Below are positions 28,501-43,200 of a stretch of DNA of 64,000 nt, piece after piece. The stretch spans positions 62,001-126,000 of the forward strand of contig NW_026865099.1 in NCBI RefSeq assembly GCF_026571515.1, read 5' to 3'. The stretch comes from Ruditapes philippinarum (Eukaryota). Within the stretch, counting starts at the first letter, position 1; every line of letters starts with the position of its first letter. The position numbers and the translations under genes are program-made. The notes below the pieces were generated by a model. It saw only the letters and a list, made by a program, of their open reading frames with translations, had not been told where the DNA came from and searched no databases.

Positions 28501-31500
28501 AGCAAGCTCAGGTGAGCTAAAAATAAATGATTTTAAATGGCTATTTGGTAAACAAACTTCGGTTTCAATTGCCAAAACTCACAAAAGCTTCAGATAAGAA
28601 CAGACCAAATAAACCATTTAAATTGACTGGTTCTTTTATAAACTTAGAAGCCTGCACTTCACTAAAACAAATAAAATAAACCTCAACTAATTGATAAAAT
28701 GTTATCACAGAATGTTATCACAGAAGGTTATCATGCCTGAAATTCATTTTGTTTTGCTCTTAAATTTCAGTCTGAGAGGACAAGAAAGGACAAAATACAA
28801 AAACTTCTCTCTCAGCTGCCAAGAAGAGGTCCACGTGCATTTGATATGTTCGTGCACTCAATTCAAGACAATTACCCATGGTTAGCAGATTCTCTACGCA
28901 AAACTCATCACAAAATCAGCATGAAATCAGGTATGTTGATTCAAATCACTTTCAATTATGATGATGATAATAACAAATATTCTATTTAACCTCTTTATCC
29001 ACCCAAACTCCTCACAGTGGTTACTTCCATTTATAAGTACCCTATGCCAAAGAATTAAGGCGAGATCACTGTGTGGAGATTGGGATTGCACTGGTTGCAT
29101 AGGTAGATTCAGTCACCGGCATCAGGTTAATGGTTAAAGAGGTAACACAGTTAGGCATGCCCAGTCTTCCCGATTAGGCTTTATCAAATTAACAATAGTA
29201 TAGAGTAACAAACAAAAGATTTGATAAACATAATTTTTTTTTAAAGAGATGCCATACACAAAGTAATTTTTAATTTTTATTTTTATTAAGTTATCCTAGA
29301 AATTAGTGGCTTCACAACTCAAGGATCATGGGTTTGTGTCTACTGGGATCTGATAAACTCATAGAAAATTAAATAGTTAATAAAGGAGGCTGAATCCCAA
29401 ATGATTCCACTAAAATTCACCGTAACCTTTATCATGCTAAAATAAAAATACGGTAACTTAAATTTAAATAACTAAAACATTCAACTTTTTCATGGAGATC
29501 TGAGACAGAGATTTCATTAAAAAAATGTGAACTTTAATGACCTTTATGACTATATTTTTACCTGTCAAATTTGTATTGGACAAGAAATGATTCACTTTTG
29601 AGTTATGAAATAACTTTAATCTTTGATCTCCGTAATTGGGCCTTTCTAATTACCCAATATAATGTGCCCGAAACTTAAACACAATAGTGTGAACGACTTA
29701 ATCTCTATTTTCCGCTCATGTATACACGTACCACTATTACTATAACTATTATCATTATTATTATGAGATATAAGCTTCAATTTTTTTTTTTTCAATTATA
29801 CCAAAAATAAATAAAATATAAGCAAGGAAAATTGTTTCACTAAAATACAAATATCATTTTTTATTTTTGTTGTTTTTGAAAAGATTTTTTTTTTGTCTCA
29901 AATTTCATAGAATTTTTTTTCTATTATTCCATAAATAAAATATCAATTAAGGAAAAATTGCATGTTTCACTAAATTACAAATATCTTATTTTTCTTTGTT
30001 GTTTTTTGAAAAGATGTTTTTCTCTATCTCTAAAATTTCATAGACTCAAGGTGAGATTTAAAATCCTGTGATATTATATTCAATAAAGAAAAATTATTGT
30101 CAGTGTCATTTGCCATTTAAATTTAAAACCCATACAAAACATGTCTCCTGGCTGTTCAAATCTATTCAATATTTACATTTACATAAACAGCCGGTGTCAT
30201 GAATGTAGAAATACATTGAAGGGTAAACAGTAACCCCCAATTTACGTCAATATGTTCAATATTACATCAAACAACCTATATAAACCTATTAATGTCAACT
30301 TTCAATGGAGATATAAGCTCAATATTAAATTTAGTCATAGCCACATAATAGTGACAAGGCTTTAGAAAGGTTTAATTTCAATCATTCAAATGAATGACTA
30401 CATTTCCAAATCTAAGCTGATCAAATCTGTATTAAAACTTTGAAAGAATATAAGGGATTGAAGGCTTAAAATTTTAGCTGAATTGCATCACAAGAATTTC
30501 TTTTCCTTGGCTTACACCCCCAAAAAAGTACAAAACAAAAGATCAATCTCAGACAAATTAATTTCCATCAATATTTAAAAAAAAAATTTTTTATTCCATG
30601 CCCTGTATACACTTCAAGAATAATACTCAAACACTTATTCGAGGAAACATATTAACCTGTTCAATCATATTGTTAACAGTATAACTAATGTTAATCAGAT
30701 TAATTGCACATTTTTTTCCCTCTCTTCCAGAGCCTGAACTGATGAGCCTGAAAGAGAAGGTTGACATATATGTGCATGAACATTTTGGTAACAGTAGAAG
30801 ACTATGCGAAGAAGACAAGAAAGAGATCAGGAAATTCCTGTATAAACACCTTAAAAGTCACGCTGAGGAGCCTATAGACAATGGAAATGATCGAAGAGAC
30901 AGTATTCAGAGTGATATCAGTGAAGACATTAAAGCACTCCAAGAATCACACAAAAACCAAACACAGTTAAATGAAAAAGATATAGAAAATCAAGTGCTCC
31001 AGCGGGTGTATTCAATTCTAAATGGTGTTAAATTAGATGAGATAAATGATGGTTTCGAGGATCTAGATTGTGTTGATGGTCCATGTATCACGTTAGAAAC
31101 AATTGAAAAGAAAGTTAATCAAATGAATAGACAAGTGAAAGACCTTCAAAATGAAATTGCAGATTGTTTTAGTGTACTTGGACTAGAGAATTGTGAATAT
31201 ACATTATACGAAGTTCTTGAGGCATACAAAGAGAAAACAGATGGTGAAATGAAAGAAATGAGAGACAGAGTGGAAGCACTTGATAGAAGAAGGCGAAAAC
31301 TTGAAGAAAAACTAAAAACAAAAGAAAAAGAACTTCACAATTGTATGAATGAACTTGCAACTTCAGAGCATGAGAATGAAAAATCAAAAGTGCTACTTAA
31401 AGAACTGCAATCAAAATGTGATAAACTTGAGCAAATACAGGAGAAACACTTAGAAACACATAAGACATATCTGAAAAAAATAGTTCACGAGTTAACGCCA

Positions 31501-31713
31501 ATGCAGAGACAAAGCCGCGAGACATTTCGAATGCAAAGTGTGTATGATGAAGTTGATGGCAACATTGTTCCACTTCCAAATCTAGGTCAATCACGTGCCT
31601 CGCGCACAGTTAGACAATCAAGGAAAAGTGGATACCGTGAAAGGTCTAGTTCAAACCATCATTCCCTACCAAAGCTTCAAAATCAGAACTCTAGTTCACC
31701 TTGGAAGTATTGA
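25537..31713 (+). CDS. CARD + coiled-coil protein, paralog 3 (425 aa, 3 coding exons)
   Basis: Exons 25537-25671 (MNKSQKRTLQKHNPELVHDLELSADLVAKFIHHGLFNEDMIDDIK), 28771-28930 (SERTRKDKIQKLLSQLPRRGPRAFDMFVHSIQDNYPWLADSLRK...) and 30731-31713 (acceptor tctcttccag, in frame with ORF 30688-31713). Total 1278 nt. Confidence 0.92.
26852..28518 (+). mobile_element. complete satellite-bearing Helentron/HINE-like element in intron 1 of paralog 3
   Basis: 5' AACAAGAGGGCCATGATGGCCC hairpin and GCTCACCTG sub-TIR; about 10-11 units of 145 bp (GTGACC at 27733, 27878, 28023, 28168, 28313); (GGAC/GAC)n microsatellite; 3' hairpin GCTCACCCTGAGC-AA-GCTCAGGTGAGC; A-rich flanks. Confidence 0.88.
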
Positions 31714-32639
31714 CCTCTTTTAAATTTGCCTGAAATGGTAATTTATATAGGTCAATCAAAAGTGCCAAGATGTTTTCTTACAAATATTCAAGACAAGAAT
31801 AAAATTAAACAAACCTAATTCCAATTTCAGAAATCAGTTGATCATACTATAGATCCAAAGTATTAAAATTGTCATAGAAATAAGTAAATAAATTGACATA
31901 TTACATGTATCAGCAAAAAAAAAAGAAATAAAGAAAATATAGGTATATAGTATTACATGTCAAACTGATGACAGTAAGATTGAAAATATGGATGAGTTTG
32001 ATAATGACATGGGAAATGAATTAAATGGATCGTAAATGTGACTGATTGATTGATTGATGATTGATTGATTGATTGATTAAATAAATGGCTTAATTATGTA
32101 TTATTCTGTGATATAATAACAAACTCTGTGATTATAGTTATGTGCTAAAGTATTAGGTTATAACAGTATTTTTTTAAGGTCAGGATAAAAAAGGTAATTT
32201 TGGTGCCAGAAGTATTTTTTTTTTATATCTTTTTTAAATATTTTTGCTTCTTCCATTTTTTATATTTGGTAAAATCTCTGTGATACAATAATATAGATAT
32301 ATTTATAAAGTATGTTTGTTTAATTTTGGAGATACATGATAAAATTGTTTGATTGTTGACTTATGTTGTTATGAATAGTTTATATTTTGTTAAGTTTGTT
32401 AATTATTTATGTTTTTTTGGGGCCATAATAAATGGATTATTAATGGATTTCAGCATTTTTTTCCAAAACATAATACTTAAAAATATTGCTTCTGATTAAA
32501 TCATTGGATTAATTTTGGAAATTAGTATGTACTAATGTTATATACTATATCATGTACTAATGTTATACTGATATATTAGGTGAATAGCTTTAAAGATCAT
32601 TTTTTTTAAATCTATTTATCAATAATTATTGATTGATTA

Positions 32640-32676
<37 letters not shown>

Positions 32677-34544
32677 CAATCTTATTTACTGACTGAAAAT
32701 CTGAGACTTATTTATTTATTGTGGCCCAGTAGTGTTTTTTAATTCCAAGGAAAATAACAACATCTGAATGTGTTATTTTGTTGTGCCAATTATTTTAAAG
32801 AAAAAATTGCAAACTAATATACATAAAGTTTTAAGACTGTTTAGTTTTTTTAAAAAAGCATCACTTTCAATTTATTGAAATAGGTTAAACCCATTCTATA
32901 TTTACAAAATTAAATGTAAATTTTAAATTTTATTATTGTCATAAAAGTTGTACATTTTTCCGTTTGTTTAACCTTGGCAAACCAGTGAGTGGGTATCAAA
33001 AAGTACAAGGATTTTAGTTTAGTTTATATTTAACCAAGATTATAGGTGACAGACCATCCAATAATGGTCATAAAATGTAGACAGAATGACTAAATAAAAC
33101 TTTGTAACTGAGAAAAAATCCACCAATAACTTTAAGAGCTAAAAACATTCTATTCTAATAAAATTTTTGCTATGACTTTTTAAAACATGATCAAACATTT
33201 CCTACATTTTTTTTTACATTTTTTAACATTAAACATTCTCTTATTGGTTCTGACTTAATATTTATAAACACTAAGTCTGGATAAAAAATATTTTTTTATA
33301 TTTTTAATAATAATATTCTTATTAATGCATTTAACCGCTATGCAGATCTTAATTTGAGAAGGGTAAAACATCAAAACTTTAAACATAAAACTACCTTAAA
33401 AGATTTAGAAAGTCATGAATATTTATTTTTTGGAAGTCAACTTTTTATAGACATATAAAAATTGTTGCCACTAACATTCCACTTTTTTTCTATGTTCACT
33501 GTTAAAAATAGTGCACAAGATGATATGGAACAAAATCATCTAAAATCAGCACCCATTAGTGCCAAAATTAATGGTGTAAATTATTTTTTTATCACTACTA
33601 TCATTAAATCAAATCACCTCATGTTCATCCATGTTTTTTCATCATTACTCTATTAATTTATTTTTTAACTATTTTTTCGTTTCCTTTTTTGGTGGGGAAA
33701 GGTGAGGACAATAATCTGTTTCCATCCAACAAATAACAGTGGGGGAGGGGGGGTCATAATTTTTTTCACTTGTTTTTTGTTGGTTTTTTTTACAAATATT
33801 TTGATGATTTTTCCTATCAAATAAATACATTTAAGCAAAATCAACTTCCTTTGAAAAAAACTGTGTCCAATAATCCATTAAAGAATTTGATTTACTCCCA
33901 ATAACTACTAACCACAAAGACTTATCCCCATCTTTTGATCTGAACAAAACCATTCATTATTCTAGGAAAACTTTCAAAATATTTACTGACTGAATAGCAA
34001 ACAGTGCAGTCCATGTTCAGATGGTGTGCCAGCTGAGCTTGGATCTGTACTGGTTCCCAGCATGAGTAGAATCAGATGCCACTCGAAATATCATAAATTA
34101 TGTTCTTAAAAATAACAACAAGAATCTAACAAATTCAAAATGACAAAATTCAATCAAATTGCTTTTGAAGAACCTGTTTTTTTTTTATTCTGCCATTCAC
34201 TTCATTACAACCTGACCATTTTTATCTTTTAAACAGAATCATTACATCTAGCTAGTGTGATCTTCAAGTTCTATTATTTTGCTGTTCTGTCTTCTGTGTG
34301 TTTCATTCTTTAAATCAGAAATAATTTATTTCATTTTCATCTTGCTACCCTTTTTGTTATCAGGAATCTTATTTGACATTGTTCATTTTTCCTGTCAAAA
34401 AGATAATTGAGGCTGGTGGGAGAAAAATGTTTGTCAGACAGTTTCTGTAGAATATCAATTGATCTACACATTTTCGCAAATTTCGAAGTAGTCAAAGTTT
34501 AACCCTATAGATTGTGTTTTTGTGTGATAGATTTCTCCAGTATA

Positions 34545-34830
34545 ATGAATATAAGACAGTCCCTTTATGAGACAGTCCCTTTTTCAGGTATTATGAACAT
34601 AGGTTAGTCCCTATGTCTGGTATTATGGATATGGGACAGTCCTTTTGTCAAGTATCATGGATATGGGACAGTCAGTTTGTCAAGTATTACGGATATGGGA
34701 CAATCCCTTTGTCCAGGTATTATGTATATGGGACAGTCCCTTTGTCCAGATATTATGATAATAATGGTTCCCCTTTCCTTTATTGATATCAGTTCGGCTA
34801 ATGGGACATTCCCTTTGTCAGGTATCCTTG
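34545..34830. repeat. minisatellite, about 31-bp unit
   Basis: Repeated ATGGGACAGTCCCTTTGTCCAGGTATTATGGAT variants. Confidence 0.8.
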
Positions 34831-35277
34831 AGTTCTGTCAGACTGCAGGGAAATATGCTGAGAGTTTGTTTAAGAGATGATTGAGCTAACTTTGAAAAAC
34901 AACAAAAAAACATGACATCAAAAGATGTTCACATTGTATTTTTTTTTTGTTCCCATAGTTTTCTATTTCTATTTTTTTTTTTCAAGAACTAAACAAAATT
35001 TTAATATCTTTAACTAGTAACTATGTCAATTGAGAAAAGGAATAAATGACATTAAAAGTTAGTTCCTCATGCCAATAGTGATATGTAAGCACTCAAACAA
35101 AAGGGTTAAACTTTACATTATGATAGTTAAGTGTAGATATATATGGATATTTATTATGCTTGAAGAGATCTCATGATTTGAGTAACACAACTACTACAAC
35201 TTTTCTATCTATTGTGTGAAAAAAGAATTAAAAAATCCTGTTAAAAAGAATGTTGTTTGTTTTCATTGAAAATCCTC

Positions 35278-35875
35278 TATCAGCTGTCCTTGGAATTATT
35301 AATGAATGTTCATCAGCTGTCCTTGGAATTATAAATGAAAGTTCATAATCTGTCATTCATCAGCTATCCTCGAAATTATAATGTTCATCAGCTGTCCTTG
35401 GAATCATAAATGAATGTTCATAATCAGCTGTCCTTGGAATTATAATGTTCATCAGCTGTCCTTGGAATTATTAATGAATGTTCATAAACTGTCCTTGGAA
35501 TTATAAATAATTGTTCATCAGCTGTCCTTAAACTTATAATGTTCATAAGCTGTCATTGAAATTATAATGTTTATGAGCTGTCCTTGGAATTATAAATGAA
35601 TGTTCATCGGCTGTCCTTGAAATTATAATGTTCATCAGCTGTATATGGTATTATAAATGAATGTTAATCAGCTGTCCTTGAAATTGTAATGTTGTTCAGC
35701 TGTCCTTGAAATCATAATGTTCATCAGCTGTCCTTGTAGTTATAAATGAATGTTCATAATCTGTCCTTGGAATAATTATGTTCATCAGCTGTCCTTGTAA
35801 TCATAAATGAATGTTTATAATATGTCCTTGAAATTATAATGTTCACCAGCTGTCCTTGGAATTATAAATGAATGT
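35278..35875. repeat. minisatellite with mixed 28- and 33-bp units
   Basis: Repeated TCATCAGCTGTCCTTGGAATTATAA(ATGAA)TGT. Confidence 0.9.
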
Positions 35876-35977
35876 TGATATCTATTGAAATACTTTGGTG
35901 TTGATATAAGTGCAGTTGATGCTTGTCAAATAATAAATGACTACATTTAGGAAGTCATTATGAATGTGTCAGACTGA

Positions 35978-37624
35978 AACTAGAAGAATCACTAAATGTG
36001 ACTGCTTCGGAAATGAGGATGTTACTAGTAACAGAATACCTTGTAAAGAATTGAAACAGAGTTATGGTTGTGGGCAATTAAAGATAGTTGTGGCTCTTGT
36101 ATGTTGCATTTCCTTTCAATGTGGTTGGCCATTGATGAAGTTTTATTGGATTACTCTGTAAGAAGTCCAGAAAGACAAGGAAAAGGAACAAAGAGCAATA
36201 ACTCTATAAATACTGAAGATTGATTTATGGCTATTGTACACTGCACTTCCTCTCATTGGCACTTGACCATAGTTATGAAGTTGTATTGAATTCCAACTAC
36301 TTAGTTTTCAAGTTATGCACTGGACAAAAAAGTAACAAAAGCAATAACTGTAATTAGTCCAATAGAGTTTTATTGTTCTTGTGCACTGCACTTCATCTCA
36401 CTGCCCTTGAACCATTGTATAAAGTTTCATTGAATTCCAACCATTAATTTTCAAATTATGCACTGGACAATAAAAAGTAACAAAGGGCAAAAAACTTTTA
36501 AATTAGTCAAAAAAGAGTTATGCTTTCTGTGCACTTGCACTTCCTCTCAATATACTTGATCATAGTATGAAAATAGTTTTGAATTCCAACTAGTAGTTTT
36601 CAAGTTATGCTCTGGACAAGGAAAAGTAACATAGGACAGTAACTCTGTAATTAGTCAAAATGGAGTTATGGTTTTCTTGTGCACTGCACTTTCTTCTTAT
36701 TGTGCTTGACCATTGTATGAAGTTTTTTAAATTCCCAACCAGTATGTTTTAAGTTATGCTCCAGACAAGGAAAAGTATCAAAGGGCAATAACTCTGTTAA
36801 TTTGTCAAAATGGAGTTATAGTTCTTGTGCAACTGCATTTCCTCTTTAATGTGCTTGACAACTGCAATGAAGTTGTATTGAATTCCAACCATAGTAGTTT
36901 TCAAAAAGTTATGCTCCAGACAAGGAAAAGTAACAAAGGGGCAATAACTCTGTCATTAGTCAAGATGGAGTTATGGTTCTCATTGCACTGACTTCCTCTC
37001 AATGTGCTTGAACCATTGTATGAAGTTATATTGAATTCCAACAAGTAGTCTTCAAGTTATGCTCCGGACAAAAAAAAAGCAATCGAAAATATTAAAGGGC
37101 AATAACTCTGTAATTAGTCAAAATGGAGTTATGGGTTCTGTGCATGGCACTTTCCCTTATTGTGCTTGGCCATTGTATGAAGTTGTTTTGAATTCCAACC
37201 AGTAGTTTTCAAGTTATCTTCCGGACAAGGAAAAGTAACAAAGGGCAGTAACTCTGTAATTAGTTAAAATGGAGTTATGGTTCTTGTACACTGCACTTCC
37301 TCTCAATGTGCTTAACAATTGTATTAAGTTATATTGAATTCCAACTATTAGTCTTCAAGTTATAGTCCGGAAAAAAGAAAGCAATGGAAAAATAACAAAG
37401 GGCAATAACTCTGTTATTACTTTAAATAGAGTTATGGTTCTTGTGCACTGCACTTCCTCTCAATGTGCTTGACCATTGTTTGATGTTATATTGAATTCCA
37501 ACCATTAGTCTTCAAGTTATGCTCCGGACAAGGAAAATGCAACGGACCGCTGGACTGACCGACCAACCGACCGACCACCGGGTGACTCCTATATACCCCC
37601 CAAACTTAGTTTTTTGGGGGTATA
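35978..37624 (+). mobile_element. satellite-bearing HINE-like element (about 145-160-bp units, about 10 copies)
   Basis: Tandem AACAAAGGGCAATAACTCTGTAATTAGTCAAAATGGAGTTATGGTTCTTGTGCACTGCAC... units, a (GACC)n microsatellite and a 3' hairpin TATACCCCCCAAAC...TTTGGGGGTATA. The 5' boundary is approximate. Confidence 0.82.
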
Positions 37625-39414
37625 ATTAATGTATTTTAATTAAATATTCACTTGTGTTTTTCAATTTTACGCAGATTTTAATTTTTAACAAATTGTTGGC
37701 GATATTTCGACAGTCGGACCTTTTGTGGTAAAGGTCCATAATGACCTTTTGACCTTAAAACCAATGGAAAGGGTGAAAGACAATACCAATCTTACCGCCT
37801 AATCTGATGATGTTGGCAAGGTCAATATTCTACAGGAAATGATGCGGCAAGTTTTTTATTGTCAAGATCACAACAGACCTTTTACCTGTTGACCTCAAAA
37901 TTAAAAGGATAAACTACTTATCACCAATCCCCCTAACTGAATCTGATGATCTTTTTTTGGTTAAGACCACTATGGCCATCATGACCTTGACCTATGACCC
38001 TGGTTCGTTACCTTAAAATAAAAAAGGATCCCAAGCTGTATGGGCTTACACCCCATTGATGCAACCTGCTGTTTCCTAGAGTAAGAAACTAAAATTTCAC
38101 TCATTGTTTAGTAATGGCTGGTTCCAGGTACAGATTTGAGAGCATGTCTTTAAGCTTATACTTTCATACACAATCAAATGATCAATAAATAAATTCTGTA
38201 TAAACTAAAATAAAATGGGCAGATCATAACAATCTTTCCAACAAATCAAAGGACATGTACAAAGTCACAGTTCCATATTTATTGATCAAACAAGGTCATA
38301 ATGACAAGCAAAAAAAAGTGTATCAGTAATTTAAGCCATTATCACTTAACATTACCCAAGCAGAAAAATACCCGTTGGTAATAAAACAAGCTTGAAAAGT
38401 TGTGGTGCCTATAGATACAGGTAAATAAAACCACCGCCCTGGACTTGGCAATCATAGCAAAAGACCTGTGAAAATAAACCTCTTCAAACAATTAGTTTTA
38501 TTCAATCTTGAACTGACCTGAAATTGAAATAGTTCAATGCCAGACTGTGGTTATTTTAACTTTGCTTAGGTCTTTTTAACATGAAAATGAAATATAATAC
38601 GGCCTCACAGAGTACCACCTAGTTGCAAGTGAACATATTAAACTCTCTAAAACAATAACAATACATTAAGAACTCATTAAGCATGTCCGTTACAAATGAC
38701 GTTTTGATTATATCAGCCCTGAATTTAAGATTGCATTACATGTAGGCGAAACGAAAATGATTATTCCCCATTTGTGAATGATCTGCTTTTGTTTAAAACA
38801 AAGTTGGCTGATTTTTCTTATTCAGTCATTATTTAAGAATAACTGCCACACAGTTGTAACAAAGTCTTTAAATTAATTTAATTAGTATAGTTCTAAGTTC
38901 ACCAAAGATCATATGCAAATGAGGCACAGACTAATTGTGTTTCTTTAGACTGTAATTGTTTTAACATATATATTTGGAATGTACGTCATCACCAATTTAC
39001 ATATAATTTTTTTGTTATTTCAATAGTGTTATGAAATAATACAATATATTTCAAGCTAAAACAGTGAACATTGCTTCTAGGAAAAGGAACAGTCATTAAA
39101 AACAAAACTGGACTTTATAATTTTGAAAAAAAAAAAGTTTTTTTTTCTTCATTTAAATTATTTAATCATTTTCTAAGATTAAATCAAAAAATATATCTGC
39201 CATGGAGAATGATATATTTTACATAGCAAGTGTGACCAAAAAAGTCAGAACATAACATAATTAGAACAGTTAAATAAGCAGGCCAAAACAGGACATTGGT
39301 GTAATTAGTGGGTTTATTTTAAACAAAACTGAATAGACCATACAAACTGGTCACAAATTCAAAGGACACAAAGACAATGAAGGATTTAACATCGTTGCAA
39401 CTGCAATATAAACA

Positions 39415-40211
39415 GGTGACAACACATCAGTAGGCAATAACACAACAGGCATCAACACATCAGCAGGACTGTGTCAACACAACAGCAGGCAACAACAAAT
39501 CAGCAAGCATCAAGTGGGGAACAAAAATTAGCAGACAAGAACACATCAGTAGGTGTTAACACATCAGCAGGTAACAACTCGTCATCAGATAACTACATAT
39601 CAGCAGGTGCTATCACATCAGCAGGCAACAACTCATCAGCAAGCAACAACACATCAGCAGGCAACAACACATCAGCAGACAACTTATCAGCAAGTAACAA
39701 CTTGTCAGCAGATAACTACATATCAGCAGACAGCAAACACATCAGCAGAAAACAACACATCAGCAGACAACAACACATCAACAGACAACAAACACATCAG
39801 CAGATAACAACACATCAGCAGACAACAACACATCAACAGACAACAACACATCAACAGACAACAACACATCAACAGACAACAAACACATCAGCAGACAACA
39901 ACACATCAACAGACAACAACACATCAACAGACAACAACACATCAGCAGACAACAACACATCAACAGACAACAAACACATCAGCAGACAACAACACATCAA
40001 CAGACAACAACACATCAACAGACAACAACACAGCAGGCAACAACACATCAACAGACAACAACACATCAGCAGGCAACAACCACTTCAGCAGACAACAACA
40101 CATCAACAGACAACAAACACACATCAGCAGACAACAACACATCAGAAGACAACAACACAGCAGACAACAACACATCAGCAGAAAACAACACATTGGCAGG
40201 CAACAACACAT
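39415..40211 (+). repeat. CA-rich minisatellite (about 18-bp unit CAACAACACATCA(G/A)CAGA) just upstream of the paralog 4 start
   Basis: About 40 copies, more homogeneous in the 3' half. Produces the stop-poor ORFs seen on both strands. Confidence 0.92.
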
Positions 40212-40282
40212 TAAAGAAACAAAAATTGAGCTGAATTTATACAAGGATCAATATCAAAGGACACACAGACAGAGACATAATA

Positions 40283-43200
40283 ATGAATGAATTACACAGA
40301 GCTGTGCTACAAAAGCACACACAGGATATTGTCAGAGACATGATTGTTACTGAAACCTTACTAGGAACAATGTTTCAGAATAAAATCTTTGACAGTGAAA
40401 TGGTGGAAATTATCAAGGTAAAATCAAAAACATTCATCTTTCAAATGAATTTAACAGTACATGCTTAAGATTAAGTAAATAAAGGTTTATTTTATCAATT
40501 TAAAGTGTATATATAGAGCTATATATCATTCTGTTGCCTGTATTTTGAAAAATTGTTCTTTAAATTTTGCAAAAGGATACACTGCAGTCCCATTATAAAA
40601 CTCATGTTGGAGTCCAAGGTATTGCGTAAAAGTTCTAATAACATGTGATCTACCCGTTATAACTGCGTTCTGATATGTAAAACTCATTGTGAGTGAGTAG
40701 GTTAGTTTTAATTTCATACTGAAGGCTTAACAATCTTTGCAACTAGAACTCTCAGTGTAAATGAAGATTTTTTTTTAAGATATACCTAGTAGAGGTCAGT
40801 TGATGACTTCTAAAGCTTTATTGGTGTGTGAATATCTCCCTCCTTGCATAATTTAAGGCGCAAACTGGCACCTGAGTAGAACCACTTTTTATAAGCTAGC
40901 TGGATAGCTTCCTCACATGGAAGAATCCAGACTCCCTGACAGGATTCAAACCCACAGCAGTGAGGGGCCAGTGGTTTAAGGTCAGTAACCTTAACCACTA
41001 TACTACAAACATTCAAATTATGTTCTGTTATTTGTTATTTAGTCTGGAAGAACACACAGTGAACAAGCGTACAAGATGTTAGAGTTTCTACCAAAGCGAG
41101 GACCAGATGCCTTTGACAGCTTCTGTGAGGCTTTACACGAAGATTATCCCTGGGTCGCAAAACTGCTGAGAGAGACTGTTGAAACAGAAAGTGAAAGAAT
41201 TTTAGCTGTACAAAGCAAGAAAGATGATATTGCTACTGAACAACGTAAGTTGCTTTTATATCAATCTAATAAGGATGAACATAAAAAGGTAAGTAACTTA
41301 TGTTAAAATCTATAAATTTATCAAATAAAGGATATGCACATTTACTTCCCTTTTTGATAACAAAATTAATTTTGTATATTTCTTCCGAAATGGTGCACAA
41401 TTGAATTTTAAAATAGTCCTTCATCACTGTAGGCTGAATTCAGTGCTTGACCTAAACCGAATACATTTACTTTCTTCATGGAAAAGTGACAGCTTCCATT
41501 TAAGAACGTAAAAGTTCTGTCATTTCCGCATTTATTTACATGCATTTATTTGAATAAAGTACATCAATTAAATCAATAAAAATCAATTTCCCGATCTAAT
41601 TTTATATTGAAATGAACAAAATAACTAAAAATTAAATTGGAAATCATCATCTTTTTGACGGACGGAACTCGCAGCTTCTTCACCAGGTCGGATATATACT
41701 CGCATTTTCGAATAATATTGGAAGTTTTATTTCAACAAAGACAATTTATTGTTGGGGTATGTATTGCCTTACATTCTATTTGATTAGTTTATGTGTTTTT
41801 CAATTATTTTGCAAAATAAAGGAATTAGAATAATGTAGATGATGAACAATGAACGTCTGTCAAAAAAGCAACGTTCGCAAAAAACTGTCCATCGACTCGG
41901 TTATTGTGTGATTATGTATTGGGTGGGGATTCAAAGTTAGTGTTAAACTTGGTACTTTCTGGTTTTACAGGTGGTTTCTTAAGTTTTGAAGCCATAACCA
42001 GAAATTTTATTGAAAAAAGGTTGCTAACGTAATTTCTGTCAATTTTAGTGAATGACGTTCGCACATTTGTTCCTCAGTTTATAGCTGTTACTTCCCTTTT
42101 TTGCGTAGTGACAAGAAACTACGATTAAATCTGTAAGTATCCGAATGCAAAAACATGGCCGAATTGAGACGCTCGATTACATGATCCAAATTATTTTGAG
42201 TAAGTTTGTGTCTGTCAAGTGTTTTAAATGTTGACGATAGCAACAATAAGTACATATAGATATTTTTATATATTTTAAAGAAGAGAAAACATATTAAAGT
42301 CGAGTTGTATGCAGGAAATAGACAAATACACGGACGTCTACTGCTTCCAATGACTGATTACGCTTAAAGCTGTTGCGAATGTCATTTTTTGACGGACATT
42401 CTTGTTGCATACGTCATTTATCGACATACACAATTGGTGCTATCGTCATTCTTTGACGGCTGTTAATGATGCGATCGTCATATTTTGACAACTGTCAATG
42501 TTTTGACATAATAAATCTACATGTAAACATTGTAGTGTCAGTAATACTAGGGAGTGAGAGATGGATTGAGTTGAATTACAGTCAAATCGGCCCCAAGTCA
42601 GATCGGCCCCAAGTCAGAGCGGCCCCAAAATAGTCAAATCGGCCCCAAGCAAAATCGGCCTCAAGTCAGATCGGCCCCATTTTTTTTCTTTGTTCATTTT
42701 CTTATTTAAATGTTGTTAAAAAAAATGTGTGGATTGGAATATCAAATGACTAACAATGGATTACATAGAAAACCAGAACAAAACATAATAATCAATATAA
42801 TTTATTGTCTGAGTATAACATTTATCTTCACTGTACTAAACTATTTATTGTCTATAAACATATGAACAGTATGTAAATGTCACTTTTCATGTAATTGTCA
42901 CTTCTCAAGCAAAGGTATAGTGGAACCCCATTGTATCGTGCTATTCATTGTATCGATCTATTCACAAATCTTTAGATTTTTTGCAAAATACGTCACCTAC
43001 TGATTGTTAACATTAACAACAGTGTCACGAAAATCTTTCGCATTTATTTTTGTACAGTAAAATGATCAAAAACATGTTTCCAGTACCGTAAGACGCTGTA
43101 GATAATAAATAGACTTATAAATAATATGTTCTTATTAAAAGTACATTTACTGTCTGTTAAAAGTTCCTAAATTTATGCTGACATTTTAAAACAGACATCT

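Noticed and set aside
34150-34395. Purine-rich minus-strand stretch resembling a decayed coiled-coil exon
   Set aside because: Multiple stops and no recognisable homology; cannot be distinguished from background.
39471-40244. 247-aa Q/T/H/N-rich ORF and antisense Cys/Leu-rich ORFs
   Set aside because: Products of the 18-bp minisatellite, which lacks stops in several frames. The start is GTG, the peptide repeat shifts frame repeatedly, and an in-frame stop separates it from paralog 4.
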